A stretch of 64,000 nucleotides of DNA from Trichoplax adhaerens (taxonomy: Eukaryota > Animalia > Placozoa). Each line of letters opens with the position of its first letter. The first letter of the stretch is position 1. Under the pieces are notes generated by a model. It had not been told where the DNA came from and ran no database searches. It worked only from the letters and a program-made list of their open reading frames with translations. Positions 34,076-48,154 of the stretch are shown here, piece after piece. Location: positions 6,158,008 through 6,222,007 of the forward strand of contig NW_002060943.1 of NCBI RefSeq assembly GCF_000150275.1, in the 5' to 3' direction. The position numbers and the translations under genes were made by a program.

Positions 34076-34516
34076 GACACACTCGTTAAAAAAAAGCCCG
34101 GGTTTTTGAAGCCATTGCACCAGGCTAGACGTAATCCCAAGTGGGTGCTGCTGGTCATGGGTACACTATGGTCGATTGCAGGTGTTTGAGTAGGTGTCTC
34201 GAGTTGTCAGCCCATCTTGTGTTCGACTGGCCCAAAAGCTCGTGCTCCTCATCGTATCCATACCTGTACCCAGTAGTACAGTAGAGACCAGAGAGAGTAG
34301 ATTGAGCCACAGTACGGTAGTCAAGCCGACGGCCAAGCTGAAAGGTATCATCGCGATTTATTCATAGTGGAGGCGCAGCAAGGAGTTGAGCGCTACTTGC
34401 AGCTTGGATATTCCGTCGTTGAATTGCAATCGGTCAAGTATTCTGTGGTAGAAATCAATTTTAATTGCTGTTGGTGATTGTACAACTATTCTCCTTGAGG
34501 CTGCACGTAGCTGAAG

Positions 34517-37500
34517 ATGAAAGCTCGCTATTTTAGTAGCTTCTGTCTACTATTTGCATTGGTGCTATGTAAAGATTATCCTCATTTAAACGTACCTCAA
34601 GTCCTCTTGCCCTATACACCCAGTGGAAGTAGCTCGGCTTCATTTGTTATTCAAGGATTGCAAAATGGCTGCTACTTTTGGTAATTTCATATTTTGATAG
34701 CCTACAGTGACAACGTGTTGACGGTACTACAAGCAAATAAAACGACATTACCATTGCAGGATGAATTCGACAGTCTTCTAGTCTGCTTCATAACATCGTC
34801 AGCTTGGACATACCACATTGCAGTAGTCAATCCAAGTATAGTAGGACATCGTCCAACATCGGTGCACTACAATGGATAGTAACGACAGTAGCATGCAATT
34901 GCGATTAGTCAGTCCATTAGACAGTGGATACGATCCTACTCCATCATGGATACCCAATAGCTTAGCATAGCCTCGTCACCATATCGCCAATCTACGATGT
35001 AGAGTAGAGCTTGGATGGATCAAGCTACATGCAAAGTCGGTCATGTCGAGCTGTGGCTTGCTTTCATCAAGTCACATTCTTCATGAACTGACATCGTACT
35101 GTACTGTAGGATAATGTCAATGCCATTCTTGTCATATGTATTTTGTTGCCTTAATTAAAACCATACTGGATGATCAATCTCGACCTACTTTATTACCTAT
35201 TAGGACTTCTTCCAATCCGGAGGTCATACCGGTAATGCCGATCTTTTCTGGTCCATGTAAGTCTTGTCGTCATCACTACTTGAAATCCTTGCAAGTCTAC
35301 TTCAGTGTGTAGTAGATTGACGAGGGGACAACAATTCACCTATTGATAGTCAGGATATTGCAATAAGAAGGACCGTTGTATGCTAAACTGTTACTAAATT
35401 GGAGCCGTATGACAACGATCATACAGTACTATGCAATACAACTTTTGCATCAATAGCATTATTACACGATACAAGCTGCAATCTTGTACAACACATCTCT
35501 ACAGCAGCAGCTGCAGTAGCAGACATTCCTACATTGATCGTGGATGCACTAATACCTTGACTAATTTATCAATCAATTCTCTAATTTTAAAATTCTTTTC
35601 CTCATGTTTAGCATCGCAAGCTCGTGGCTGCTCCAACAGTGCCATAGTCACTACAACTTCAGTTGGACCAACCCGTCAATCAGCTTTAATACTTGCTGAA
35701 GATAGTTAGTAGTCTCTATACTCTACTATAATTTGCATTGATACGCGTACACTCTTCTACTATACTACAACTAATTTTTCACTCAAACAACTTGTGTTAT
35801 GCCTTCTTCTAGTCTCGGGTGAAATTTTGCAATCGAATGTCGCCGTCGATAAAATTGTACGTATCGAAATTATGTCTACATCTCGCTTGTTGCTGTTAGG
35901 TCAAGCACCAGCTATTTACTACGTCAAGGCGTATGACAAAATAGGTACAGTAATCAGGATGATTTATGAATAATATTGTAATACTGCTGTATGTTAGGGT
36001 AAAGCTTGCATAATTGTAATGAAACTTTTCTTATCCCTTCGCCAATGCTCAAGTATCATTTCTCTACTGCAATAGGTGCACTAGACTTTAGTACGCGTGT
36101 ACAGTAAAAGTATTACGTATAAATATCCAATTAAGAGTAGAGAGAGAGAGTAATTCATTGCACCTTTCATATTACCGTATGCATTCTTAAAATCGGATTT
36201 AAAATCTTGTAGTAATGCTGTCAGCACTACTGATACTCAATCTCAATGACTTAAGCCACACCTATATCAAGATGAATTAAAATGCCTTTTTGCTTAATAA
36301 CAATTTGCAGGCAATGTATTCTCAAATGTGAGCGGTTTCGCTGTTGATTGGTTTCTATCAAATGCCCCTAATAGTAATATCGATGCCAATAATGTGCTTA
36401 GGTAAAGTAATGGATTATTAAATTTCTACAGCGTGGCGACAGCTACCCAATAACTACCAAATGGTGCATGCTTTCATTATACTTTTTCATTGTCATAGGA
36501 TTATGCCGGGACGTGAACAAGCTCGAAATTGTGATTGCAACGGAGTTTGCACCCAAATCTCTGTAAGTAAAAGGGGTACAGTTCATTTATTATTTTTTAT
36601 CCATATTGTAATCATTACATTTGATTTGTAAATCATGACCTCAAAAAGTAGCCCCAATTTTTCTCCTAGTAATGTAAATTACTAATAAAAAAATTCCACA
36701 TCTTGTTATAATAAAATACGTCCACTAATGACTACCAAAGCCAAATACAGTTGCCAATAGTGTTTTGGCCGAAGGAATTAATACCGGCTCGGCGATGCTT
36801 TGTGCCAGATTGGCGGACCTGACGTTCAAGGTATATTCCATCAAATCAATCATTTTCATTACTATCTATATGCACTATCATTACTTCACCGCTAAAGTAG
36901 TAGTTGGCGCCAATGCTTTTGACAGAACCAGCTTTACTTTTCGTCAGGAGTCAACCTAATTGATCCTTTTTTGTTTAACCTTTTTACTAGAATATCCTTC
37001 CCAGTAGATTAAGGATACAGGTGATAGATAATGTCATGCTGGTTCCATCAGATGATATTTACATTTTGGTAGGGGCACGGGTTCGCTTTCAAGTTTTCAG
37101 GCTAATTCAAGAGCAGCAACGTGGTAAACTAGATTTAAACTGCTAATCTCACGCCATAGTCATAGCGAAAGTGGATAACTCAAAGTATCATTGTATTTAT
37201 TCTACGTGTTTTGTTACACAGAGGTAAAATTTCCATCTGAACTGTATGCCTTCGATGTGAGTAACAAATCTATAATTGACATGAAAGAGATTGAGTCAGT
37301 GATTACGGCCAAAAATATCGGCGATAGTGTTGTTTCCCTCGTCGACAAAAGTAAGAAAGATAACGTTCTACAATTAGCGATGATCCTTTAAAAGACATTC
37401 GACTATTACTGATCCTTTTCCTTGGTATTATAGATATTCAACAAAGTCAAATTGACTACCGGCCAAATTGTGAAGTGCATGTCGTAGAACCGGCATATCT

Positions 37501-40500
37501 AGGCTTTACAGTCTTACCTGATAGAGTATGGGTTCTCGAAAGTGGCAGACAGTACACCGTTATCATTGACTTATACGATCGAGATTCAAATAGAATACAG
37601 ATATCGGAGGTTATAAAGATAACATAAATACAACAAACATTTCTATTGAATACGGAATGCTAATTTTCTCTCAATATCTTATACCCAGGGTACCGTTATA
37701 AAGTCTGCATTTCCAAAGGACTACTTTTTAGTGCATTATTCTACTTCAAATGGGTCTTATCATCAAATACAAGCTATCAAAGCTGGAAATGTTACCATTA
37801 CTGCTAGCTTATCACAAATTTGGGTATTGTGATATTATATTGTATTAACTATCATGCTATCTACATACGATATACTATATTACCGTATAAAGTAAGTTTA
37901 AATAATATTGCTTATGAAATGTTTCTTACAGCTAGCAGCAGACAAGAAACACTTGAATCTCAAGCAGGCAGTCATTGGTGACCAAGATGTAAACATATTC
38001 AAACCGATTTCTTTACAACCTCCGATTCTGGTATTTCCATGGACTACAGTTGGCCAACTAGATTGTAGCTATAAATTGAGAGTAAGCATGGCAACATTTC
38101 TATTGACTGTAAAAAAGCTGACATTGAGCTGCTTCTTCATTTTTTTTTCACATGGATATTACTTTGCCATATTCTATAGATTAACGGTGGTAGCGGATCT
38201 TATTATTGGTCTACATCACAAGCTAACGTGGCAACTGTCAATACTAAGGGCCTTGTAAAAGCCCGAAATTTTGGTCAAACTACTATTAAAGCTATCGATA
38301 TTAGAAATTCCAATCATTTCAGTACTGCTGAAGTAGGTCAACAAGATTCTTACCATGTACTATTATTGCACATCACTTAAACTCATCCATCATTGATTAT
38401 CCACTAGGTGTATGTATCTTATCCTTACGGAATGAAATTTGTGTCACCGCCTGTGGAAACTGCAGCAGGGGAATCTTTAACTTTAGATTTAAGAATGTGG
38501 ACAACGGTAGACGATGGTCGAACTTTGAACTTTTTATTGTGTGATAACTTTCCAATCGACATTATGTCATCCGATTTAAACATTTTCACCGTTGATGAGA
38601 CTCGCAAACCTGGTACATCCAAATATCTTTGTTAATCGTAATTAGATAAATAAGCAGACGGTTTAACATGGTTTTTTCTTTGCTAAATATCAAATAGGTA
38701 ACTTTAACGATAGTTGTTTGGCGATCGTTATCCACTGTATCAATCCAGGGTCCGCTAGGCTACACGCATCCTATACCGATGCAGGATCAGTTAGTCTGAC
38801 CGCTGAAGAGATAGTAACTTGTTTTGACCCTCTTCAGGTAGATAAATAATGTACTTAGATATAGAAATGTTTATAGTTAGGACCAAATTAATAGAAAGCT
38901 TACCTCATTTCAAATGTTAGGTTGTTGATCCTTCGGGTATTGCTATTGTATCACTGTACTCTTCTGTTACGATAACTTCGATTGGAGGTCCCAAGCCAAG
39001 ATCATTCGACAGAAGTTCGTATTTCGAATCCGTAATCCCTGCCGAACCTGATCAAGTATCTTTAGAATTATTATCCCCCAGCGATATGCCCACACGACTA
39101 TCTCTAGCTACAGACAATATCCATGTTCATCGCGTTACTTGTACACAGTTAGGGGAACAAATTCTTACTATTTCTGTTGGTAACAGGAAGTCTCTTGGAT
39201 TTCCTTTTTCTGTCAGTAGTTCCGTAACCTTTAGGTAACGTAAATCAATCACTACTGAAAATCTTTTTAAAAAATAAAAATATAATTATATATTACGATC
39301 AACAGCATACTTCCTACGTCTATCTAGTGACAATTGGATATTTTACATGTGGTTGCCTATATTAAAATTAAAATTAGCTGTCATTATTAATTTCTGTATA
39401 GATTCATGTGTACTATACCAGATGCGCTTAAAATGGAACCGGTACTCACACTTTTACCAGATTTTGATGTTATTCCTTGCTATCAATGGCTAGAAGAGAA
39501 AGTCCTAAAACATCCAGTTCGAAATGATCAATCATTTCCTATTCGTCTATCTATGATTGATGCAAATGGACGCTATTTCAATAACTTTTCATCTATACAA
39601 TTAACGTGGCATTCTAAAAATCAAGAGCTAGCAAGTATGGCAGATGTATCAGATTACGAGTGGATTAATAATCATACATCAGGTAAAACTTTATTTTACG
39701 AATTTGGCGATAACATTGTCAGCGGCTATGCGAAAAGAATTAAATTCATAATTTGATACTTATTTTAATCTCGGATTTAGAATTGAGGTTAGTACGTACA
39801 GCTGCAACTGAAGGTTCTGTCATCATTCAGAGCTCGATTAATGGATATAAAGTCAACATACAACCTAAACAAAAATCATTGCCGCCATTAAGTGTGTCGC
39901 TGATTTTGCAATTAATTTCTCCTCCACGTATATCACCTGCTGCGTTGAATATTTTTAATCACCATAATATTACAGTAAGTTAATCAAATTTTTCAATCTT
40001 TCTTTATGAAGTATTTGATATTAACTCCTTGTATGCTTATAGGAACAACTTTCTATTATTCATGGATCTGGTCACTTTCGAATTGAAGGAAGCCACGCGA
40101 ATATTAACGTAACTCGAATATCATCTTCTAAACTGAGAATTATTCCTCTCCGCGAGGGTACCACATCTTTATTTGTAAGAGATTTGTGCCTCGACACAGA
40201 TACTACTCCTGCGAAGGCTACGATGAGAGTATTAAGGCTTTCGAGTATAGAAGTTCATGTGATAGATCTCATTGAGATGGGAAGTGAAACCACTGCATAT
40301 GCTAAATTGATTGACAGTTCTGGCTTTCCATTGCCTTCTCGCTATCTAAATTTAGTTAAATTGTCAGCTCGTAGTTCTTCGAAAAATTTGGAGATCACGT
40401 AAGTGAAATCGCGATATTTGGTATTAAAAATTTTGTTTGTTACATTGAAGATATTTCGTCATCTTTTCTACCCAATTAGGCTTGTAGAAGTTACAAAGTC

Positions 40501-43500
40501 AGACTCTGGTGATACTGCAGTTTATAAACTTCGAGGATTATCTGTAGGCTACGCAACTGTAGTTTGGTCAGGAGAATCTAGCGCTATAGGACCTCCTTTA
40601 AGCGTTTCTCGAGAAATTTATGTTTTCCCGCCGATGTCTGTCTTCCCAACTAGCTTAGTTCTTGTCCCATCGGCAGAAATTCAGGTGAATTCCCAATGCT
40701 TGTATTATTAACAAGATATTTGAAAGCATTGGCTTTAATATATTTATTTACACTATCATTGTTATCGGTATTTAATGTGTTTAAAAATTTACATATTGGC
40801 AGATAAGTTGTTATGGTGGACCACCAACACAGGCTCAAGTTTTGTTTCATTCATTAACTAATGACATCGCTGTAGTAGATAGTAAAGGCCTCGTACAAGC
40901 GAAAAATATTGGCAGAACTTTGATTGAGGTTGTAATGCAGGCCGTCGATGCCTCAACTGGAAAAGTTAGAACCTACTCTAAGACCTCAGTGCCTGTTACC
41001 GTCACTAGATTGACGGGTGTTAAGATCTTTGCGTCAACAAATCGTTTAGTAACGGGATCTACGGTATACATGTTTTATTAGAAATGATATTTATATAAAC
41101 CTATAATATAGATTGCAATATTGAAACATGTTACATAAATTTCTACAATAATATATATATAATTGTACAACATCTTTTAAAATTGCTATACTTGACCCTG
41201 CTTAGATGTCAGTTTACGCAGTTGGATTAACCGATGAAACTCCGATTAGCTTCGGAAGCGCAATGCCACGAATTAAATTTAATTGGATATCGTCCAACGA
41301 TGAAGTCATTACAATATCATCTATTTATTCTAATGTACGCATTGTATTATTGTCTCTGATACGAGCCAGATATTCTCAATCATTATTTAATGCCTTGGTC
41401 ATGTTTTTTGATGATAGAGTGGAATTAACTACGAAGACGAAAGCGATTTTGCGGTTCGTGTAACAAGTAAAAGTGCTGGAGAATCCCATGTTACGCTGAC
41501 GGTAGATCAAACAGAAACTAGTATCAGTAGATACTTTGAAATTGGAGCAGTCTTATCTGCTGAGCAAAAGTTTGAGGTTTGTGAAAGTGTATTATCAATT
41601 ATGAAATAAAAAATATTCTTACTGTTTCCATCAAAGATAGTGAGTTCCGCATTGCTGTAGTACTGATATCACTTTGAATATTATTAAGTGAGTTATCTAC
41701 ATCTTAGTCATACCATATGTTCATTTTCATTGACAGGTTTCCAAAGCTCTACAAGTAATTTATCCAGTATCATGTCAATTGAGATTACCGTATCGTTCGG
41801 AAACTCAACTAAAAACAAATTTGGATGGACTTGCTAAATTAACGTTCAGTATTAGCGGTAAAACATCGGTTGCAACAATTGATGACCAGAGACGTATAAC
41901 TACTGGTAGTGATGCTGGTAGAGTCACAATTTTTGCATCATCTGTGGATAAATTGGGTTTGAATCAGACTGTTGCAATAAATTTGGAGGTACTGTTCTGT
42001 TATTGAATTATTCGATAAAATCTCTATTAGTAAATCTCTCTTATCTATTTCATATTTACCATAGGTAAAACCAGTTGTAGCGATATCCATTGAAAGTTTA
42101 TCTACTTTAAGAGTTACGACTACGAACCAAACGCACAAATTTCCTATTGGTGCAACCATCAAGTTCAGAGTTAATTTATTAGATAGTTCAGGACAACGTC
42201 TAGACGATGTTGCCTATAAATTAGAATATCAATTAAATCGTTTTGATATTGTCCATATATCGCGAGAAACTAACAGTAACGTTTATACCATTAAAACGAT
42301 TAGCCCTGGTCAGGTTATTTGGCATGTAAGTTACCATTGTTGAAACGTTTATACTAAACTTACTTTCTTGTGGATTTCTGTGTTGTTACATAATTGTCAA
42401 AGTACATTCCATCTGATGAAACATTAAAAATGTGAACGTTTTGTTACAGGTATGGGATCAATCATCAACGTCTATCAGTGATCATATTCGAATCACTGTT
42501 GACCATGCGGTTGTACCTCGATCACTGTCAATATTATCTGGCTTTTCCACATATATTAAAACTGCTTTAACGAAACATCCTACTGGGGTTTGGTCCTCCG
42601 ATGAAAGCAATATTGTAGAAGTTGATAGTAATAGCGGTATCATAACAGCTCTGAAAGCTGGCTCAGCAGTTATTTATTACAATGTGAAAGGATTACTATC
42701 CCTAAGTTGTGATGTAAGTTAGATTTTTGCCTAAGCAATTACAGTAATAATGTGTTGTTGATATTTACATGATTCACTTTTTGCTTAGGTCGTTGTGAAT
42801 CGTATTGCTAAAGTTTCTTTGCATAGCGGTTCTCAGAAATTTGTCACAAACGTCTATGATGGCATGCAATTTACAAAACAACCCGTTCATTATGTTTCTA
42901 AAGTGACGTTTGCCTCATCTGGTAATGAACTCAACGCATTTTCAGGCCATCTTGTAGAATCCAGGGCCTCAAAGTTGTTCAGTTGTAACTTACGTTTAAA
43001 GGATGGTTACCGAGACTTTGACGCTGATGATATCTTCGACGTAGAATCGATTGTCAATACATCACGAAGTTTAACATATTGTCAGATTAATCCTCGTCGA
43101 ACAGGTCAATTTTTTGCCTTAATTTTAAATTAAAATTAAGGATTCGAATAACGTTGTATTACTTTTACGTTACAGATCGTTCTCTAGCGTCTTCAGTCAG
43201 TACAATCGACAATGTAATCTTAGAATTGACAGCCTCTACTACAAATTTGGATCGCAACCCAACAATAGAATCAGAAGTGGAAACAGTTCGTTTCATACCT
43301 GCCTTTGTTATCAGCAAATTAAGCATTATTTTAACAGATAGCCATAAATCTGATAGTCTTACGGTATTTGGTATACCTCTTCAACTGAAGAATTTAGAGG
43401 TATTTATCTTGAATTTAAATAACACCAAAAAGGCCTTTTTGACGTAATATATAAGATAATCAATTACCTAATCTATAATTCTGTTGCCATAGTTTACTGC

Positions 43501-44053
43501 GGATCCGTTTTTATCTGTTCGAGGGACGGCTTCAAGTGAAAATGAATGTATATACGAAATATCATTGCTTAAGAATATTGATACTTCTGTGGATAATCAA
43601 ATGCAGGTAAAATTTACCAGTAAAATTACTCGACAACAGATCACAGTATCTGTCGTTTATAAGTCACCTGAGAAGGCCTTGGTATCGTCGCCGATGAAAT
43701 TGGATGAAAGCGCTTGTAGTGAATTTTGTCGTAAACAAAGTATGGTCCAAGAAAGTTTAAAAGCTGACAAATATCTTTGGTATACAGATACATTACTTAT
43801 TTGGACTCGACCGTTCTATTCTTTACTCAGCCTATGGACCTTTATACTGGCGCTAGTCGTTGTATTTTATATTATGTGTATCGGATGGTCTAATAGGCGT
43901 TATCAATCATCTGTGTCTCGTTTAAATCCAAGAATGGACAGTAGCAATTCTCCACAATCTCTTCATCACAGCGGAATTGCATCTCCCTTTAGATATACAG
44001 TTGGCGGTAGCTCACCTAGACTGAGATACGTTGCTAATTCACCTAATGAATAA
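34517..44053 (+). CDS. NUP210: Nuclear pore membrane glycoprotein 210 (gp210): signal peptide, Ig-like repeats, C-terminal TM, short SP-rich tail; multi-exon
   Basis: Signal peptide followed by HLNVPQVLLPY...GCYFW. Internal GNVFSNVSG..DW, VHVVEPAYLGFTVLPDRVWVLESGRQY, STSNGSYH, GGSGSYYWS, DANGRYFNNFSS, HGSGHF and GGPP. TM segment FYSLLSLWTFILALVVVFYIMCIGW. Stop at 44053. Confidence 0.95.
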
Positions 44054-45229
44054 TAGTTTCAACTGCATTCAGTTCATCTGAGGGCATTAAAATTGGTTGT
44101 TTTACTACTGAGTTTTGACATTTTAGATGCAATAGAGTTGTACTATAACCTATTATTACATTGCTTGAAACAAGCGAATCGGCTGTTTACTAATCTGGAT
44201 GTAACAAAATGCTACTGAATTGGTATTTTTGGATCGACTATTTAGTACTATATAGTAAATCATTTCCATCGTCCATCTATGACATGATGTTGCTCTATCT
44301 AATATAATGCATCTGTCCGCAATCGTTGTAATGACAAGAATTTTGTAATATTGCGACACGAAAATGATTGTAAACTGGATCATTGTTTACGTTTGCCCAA
44401 GAAATATTTTTAATCCATTTCCTTAAATATCTAAGCTAATGTTGTGTATATTTATAACAAGATTTTAGAAAGTTTGTACTTGTATAACTATCGTAAGCTA
44501 TTCTTTTGCAATATTTATGCATCTACATGATTGTCTTTGTAAAGTAAGCAAAGGTATAAGGGTTATCCAAATTGTTAATAAATGACTTCGCTTACATATT
44601 GTTACTAATCTAAAGCACGGTTGCGTCGATTGATTGTGGTTATTTTTCGTCTTACTTGGTGGACTGTAGTTTATCTTTCCAACTAATTCTACTATAGTGG
44701 TACACACGTCGAGTCGTCAACTTAATTCTCCACTATCACTTGCTATACTGTATGACTAAATGCGGTGATGTGGGAAAGCTTGGAAACAAATTTTTTGAAA
44801 GTTTTAATTTCCATAATAAAAGCTCTCTTCAATTTTCACCTATAATCAATCTATCTTTGGCTATAGCTGTGTCTTTTATTTGGTAAGATACAATATATTT
44901 TATCAAATCTAGGACTACCGAATGTATATTAGTATTGGAAATTCCATCACCATGCATATTTGCCTATGTCTAACTACACTGCATGCACCTAGTCGGAAAC
45001 GACTGTTGTGAATTGCAATACAGTATTGTGTAGTAAACAGTCCTGAACCTAATTCTTATAGAAGTTACTGTAAATAATCTTTATCACTGTGCCATATCCC
45101 ATCAAAACAAATCAAAATATAATTAAATATTAATTCAAAATTAGACTGCTATAAAGGAACCATGACGTAATTTCTGGCCTACAATACAGCACCTAAATAA
45201 TACTGTAATGAATGAGTTTGGTGCCTGTA

Positions 45230-45637
45230 TGCACTGTCCCGAATATAGACAAACCGCACGACACTGGTCAAAACGTTAAAGCGTTCTCGTCGCACCGAGA
45301 TTAAATTTGGAATTAGCTCCATGGACGACATAAATAATCCTCTGGCAGGGGCTACAAGTCTGCAGCACTGCAAATAATAGAGGACTGGAAACGACTATCC
45401 ATTGCCAAAAGTGCAGAAGTCGACTATTTTTTACTGGTCATTGTGTACGGGCACGGGTTCCAGCTGGAGCATAGCACAGTTCAAATGACCAGCAAATAGT
45501 CAGCTTATAGTGGTAAAAAAGGCCATTTTTTATTAATCGTTGCGACTTGATGTCCTCATTTTATGCAAAGAACAGTCGTTGCCAGTCTTGTCTTTCTTAT
45601 TTTTAGCAGTCCCTGGTCTTATTCGGACTAAAATGCA
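45230..45637. mobile_element. Decayed foldback/MITE-like element
   Basis: Nested imperfect inverted repeats surround a TCCAGCTGGA centre (45459-45468): gactattttttactggtcattg (45422) / caaatgaccagcaaatagtc (45482); ggactggaaacgact (45382) / agtcgttgccagtct (45574); gtcccgaatatagac (45237) / gtcttattcggac (45616). GC content is higher than in the flanks. Confidence 0.6.
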
Positions 45638-46263
45638 GCATATCTTACTTAGCAAATCATTCCTTACGGAGTAAAATTAGAATATGCTTCTTGCTACTAG
45701 AGGTGCAAACAATCATATTGTCCAGCTGTACTAGACGTCCACGACCTTACAGTACCTTGCACTGTACACAGTGTACAGTGTACTGTGCTGCGGCGTCCGT
45801 TGCGATGGTAGAGGATTGCTATACTGCTACCCATACAAGTATAAACACGTTATACAATCTAGTAATCGAACTTGTTCGTTCTGTAACTGTATCAGTACCG
45901 TATATCGCACAGTCCTTACCATTGTAAATCTCTATCGTCCATACCAGACCTTGAAGTTACTCTTTCTCAAGGTTCTTGCTCATCCACTTTGTCTTGTAAT
46001 TTATGGCTAATAATTAATCATTTTGGAGTTCAAAAATCCTTTTCCAACGTAAGCATTACACTATTGACTTCTTAGTTATACTTGTATATATAGAAGAAGA
46101 GTACTACGTCTATTTTTATTCGCGGTCTGAATCGTTTGACTGCTTTAGAAGGAAAAAAAGAGTGCAGTACTGTAGAGAACTGCTGTAGAACTGTACATAG
46201 TGTCTATCAATTTCGGCCGATTGCAGTAGTTATTATTAGCATAAATACACTATTCAAGCAGTG

Positions 46264-48154
46264 ATGGCGTTTATGAGTTGGTTTGGCTATACGTTTATTG
46301 CCTTTGGCCCTTCATTGGCTATATTTACTATGACCATTGCTGACGATGCTACTCAAATCATCATTATGTTTACCAGGTAATACTCCTACAACCACCAATA
46401 TAGGTTTAGTGACCAATGGGACTATACGCGTAGAAAAGATATTACAAAGTTCCAACATGAAACACTAATAGATACAATGTCATCATAGGAAAGTAAACTA
46501 TTTTCAATTACTGTACTTGGAAAATAAACTACAGTGGATACAAATACAATCAGTATACAAGCCTAGTATAGGAGTAAATCGTAGCCACAGTAGACGCATA
46601 AATGAAAAAGTAGCGACGGACTGTAGTACAGAACAGTACAATCTTAAGTCGAAGACAACAACTCGTACGAAAGAAAGTCAAAATTAGTGTAACATGAAAT
46701 AAAAAAACGTTATGCATTAACTAGACTGATAATACAAAGTCCTTAGTGCAAACAGCATCAATTAAGACTCATTAACTAGACTGAGAATACTACACTAATA
46801 ATCGATTTACCAATCATCATGCCTGATATCATAACTTGGGCTATTATTTTTATTCCTTGTTAGTGCCTTCTTTTGGCTCGTTTCACTGTTGTTCTCTTCA
46901 ATTATATGGCAAATTCCTTTCTCAGACCTAAAATTACGCCTTGGCATAAGTGTGGCTTTATGTGTTGCTATACAAGAATTATTTCGTTACCTTTTCTACC
47001 TTCTGATGAAGTGAGTAGCTGTATGGGAAGCTCAATTTTCTTGAGTAATATGATGTAAATGACAACGTCAACAGATGCTCTTTAGCATTGGACTTGATTT
47101 AAACAAATTACTCTTTTTCTTTATACGTACAGTAGTCTGTATTATTTCAAATGGGATATCTTGTTCTTCTTAGAACGATAGATGATTGTCTTTGCTAACC
47201 ACTTTGAATATTGCAGGAAAGCTGATAAAGGATTACTTTCTATTACAACGTCCTCAACGATCAGCCAGACAAGGCAAAGAAAACACAAAATTGCTTATGG
47301 TATAGAAAAATCTCTATTAAAATTTTAGTACAATCAATACATTATTATCGTAGCATTAATCAACTCTTCAGGCTTGCGCTTAATACTGTTATTTGTTATT
47401 CATGGTAGTGGCTGGATTTGGCTTTGGCGTAATGAGTGGTGCATTTTCCGTAGTTAATCTATTAGCGACGGCGTCTGGACCTGGTACTGTTGGAATTAAA
47501 GGAAACTCAGACCTGTTTTTTCTTTCATCAGGTACGCTTCCTTTCCGTAGCGGCTGTTATATTCGACATTTAATTTAATTTTGACTTTCTACTACATAAT
47601 GCACATTACGCTAAATGTTAAGTGATATACATGGTTGTATAAAATTATATACTAATATTCACCTATTTTTACCTATTCTTGCTATTTAGCGATTTTTACG
47701 AGTATATTTATCCTACTAAATATCTTTTGGAGCGTGATTATATTCGATGGTTTTGACAAACGTAATTGGAAGAAAATTGCCTACGTATTTGCTACCCACG
47801 AGCTGACATCTTTATTGGTAAGCCATATACATATACGCATATATCTTTGAAATCAAAATTTTAATAATATATGATCACCTTGACCGATGTAATTTTAAAG
47901 TTTAGTAACATTTTTCGTTTAATAATAATATAATCATTTTAATTTTTATTACAATTCTGATATCCTATATACCATCTTTCTAATTTTAGACACTAGTGAA
48001 TGTTGGCCATCAACCAAATTATTCTGCATCAATTACTACATCATGCCTTGTATTACTAATTACCACGATAGTCGCTCTGTATACTGCAGGAGGTAACATA
48101 AAGAGCTTAATAACTAGTTTAGTAAAGAGACAGGTAGTTACTCAAGTACGGTGA
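46264..48154 (+). CDS. APH1: Gamma-secretase subunit APH-1; 6 exons
   Basis: MAFMSWFGYTFIAFGPSLAIF...SAFFWLVSLL...IQELFRY...KADKGL...VAGFGFGVMSGAFSVVNLL..ASGPGTVGIKG...FWSVIIFDG...THELTSLLT. The GxxxG motif is present. Stop at 48152-48154. Confidence 0.96.

Noticed and set aside
33348-34158. Cys/Tyr-rich repetitive ORFs (VQYQYCSVLLYW...) on the - strand
   Set aside because: They are by-products of the 90-bp array and TACAG words, are broken by stops and frameshifts, and have no splice or family support.
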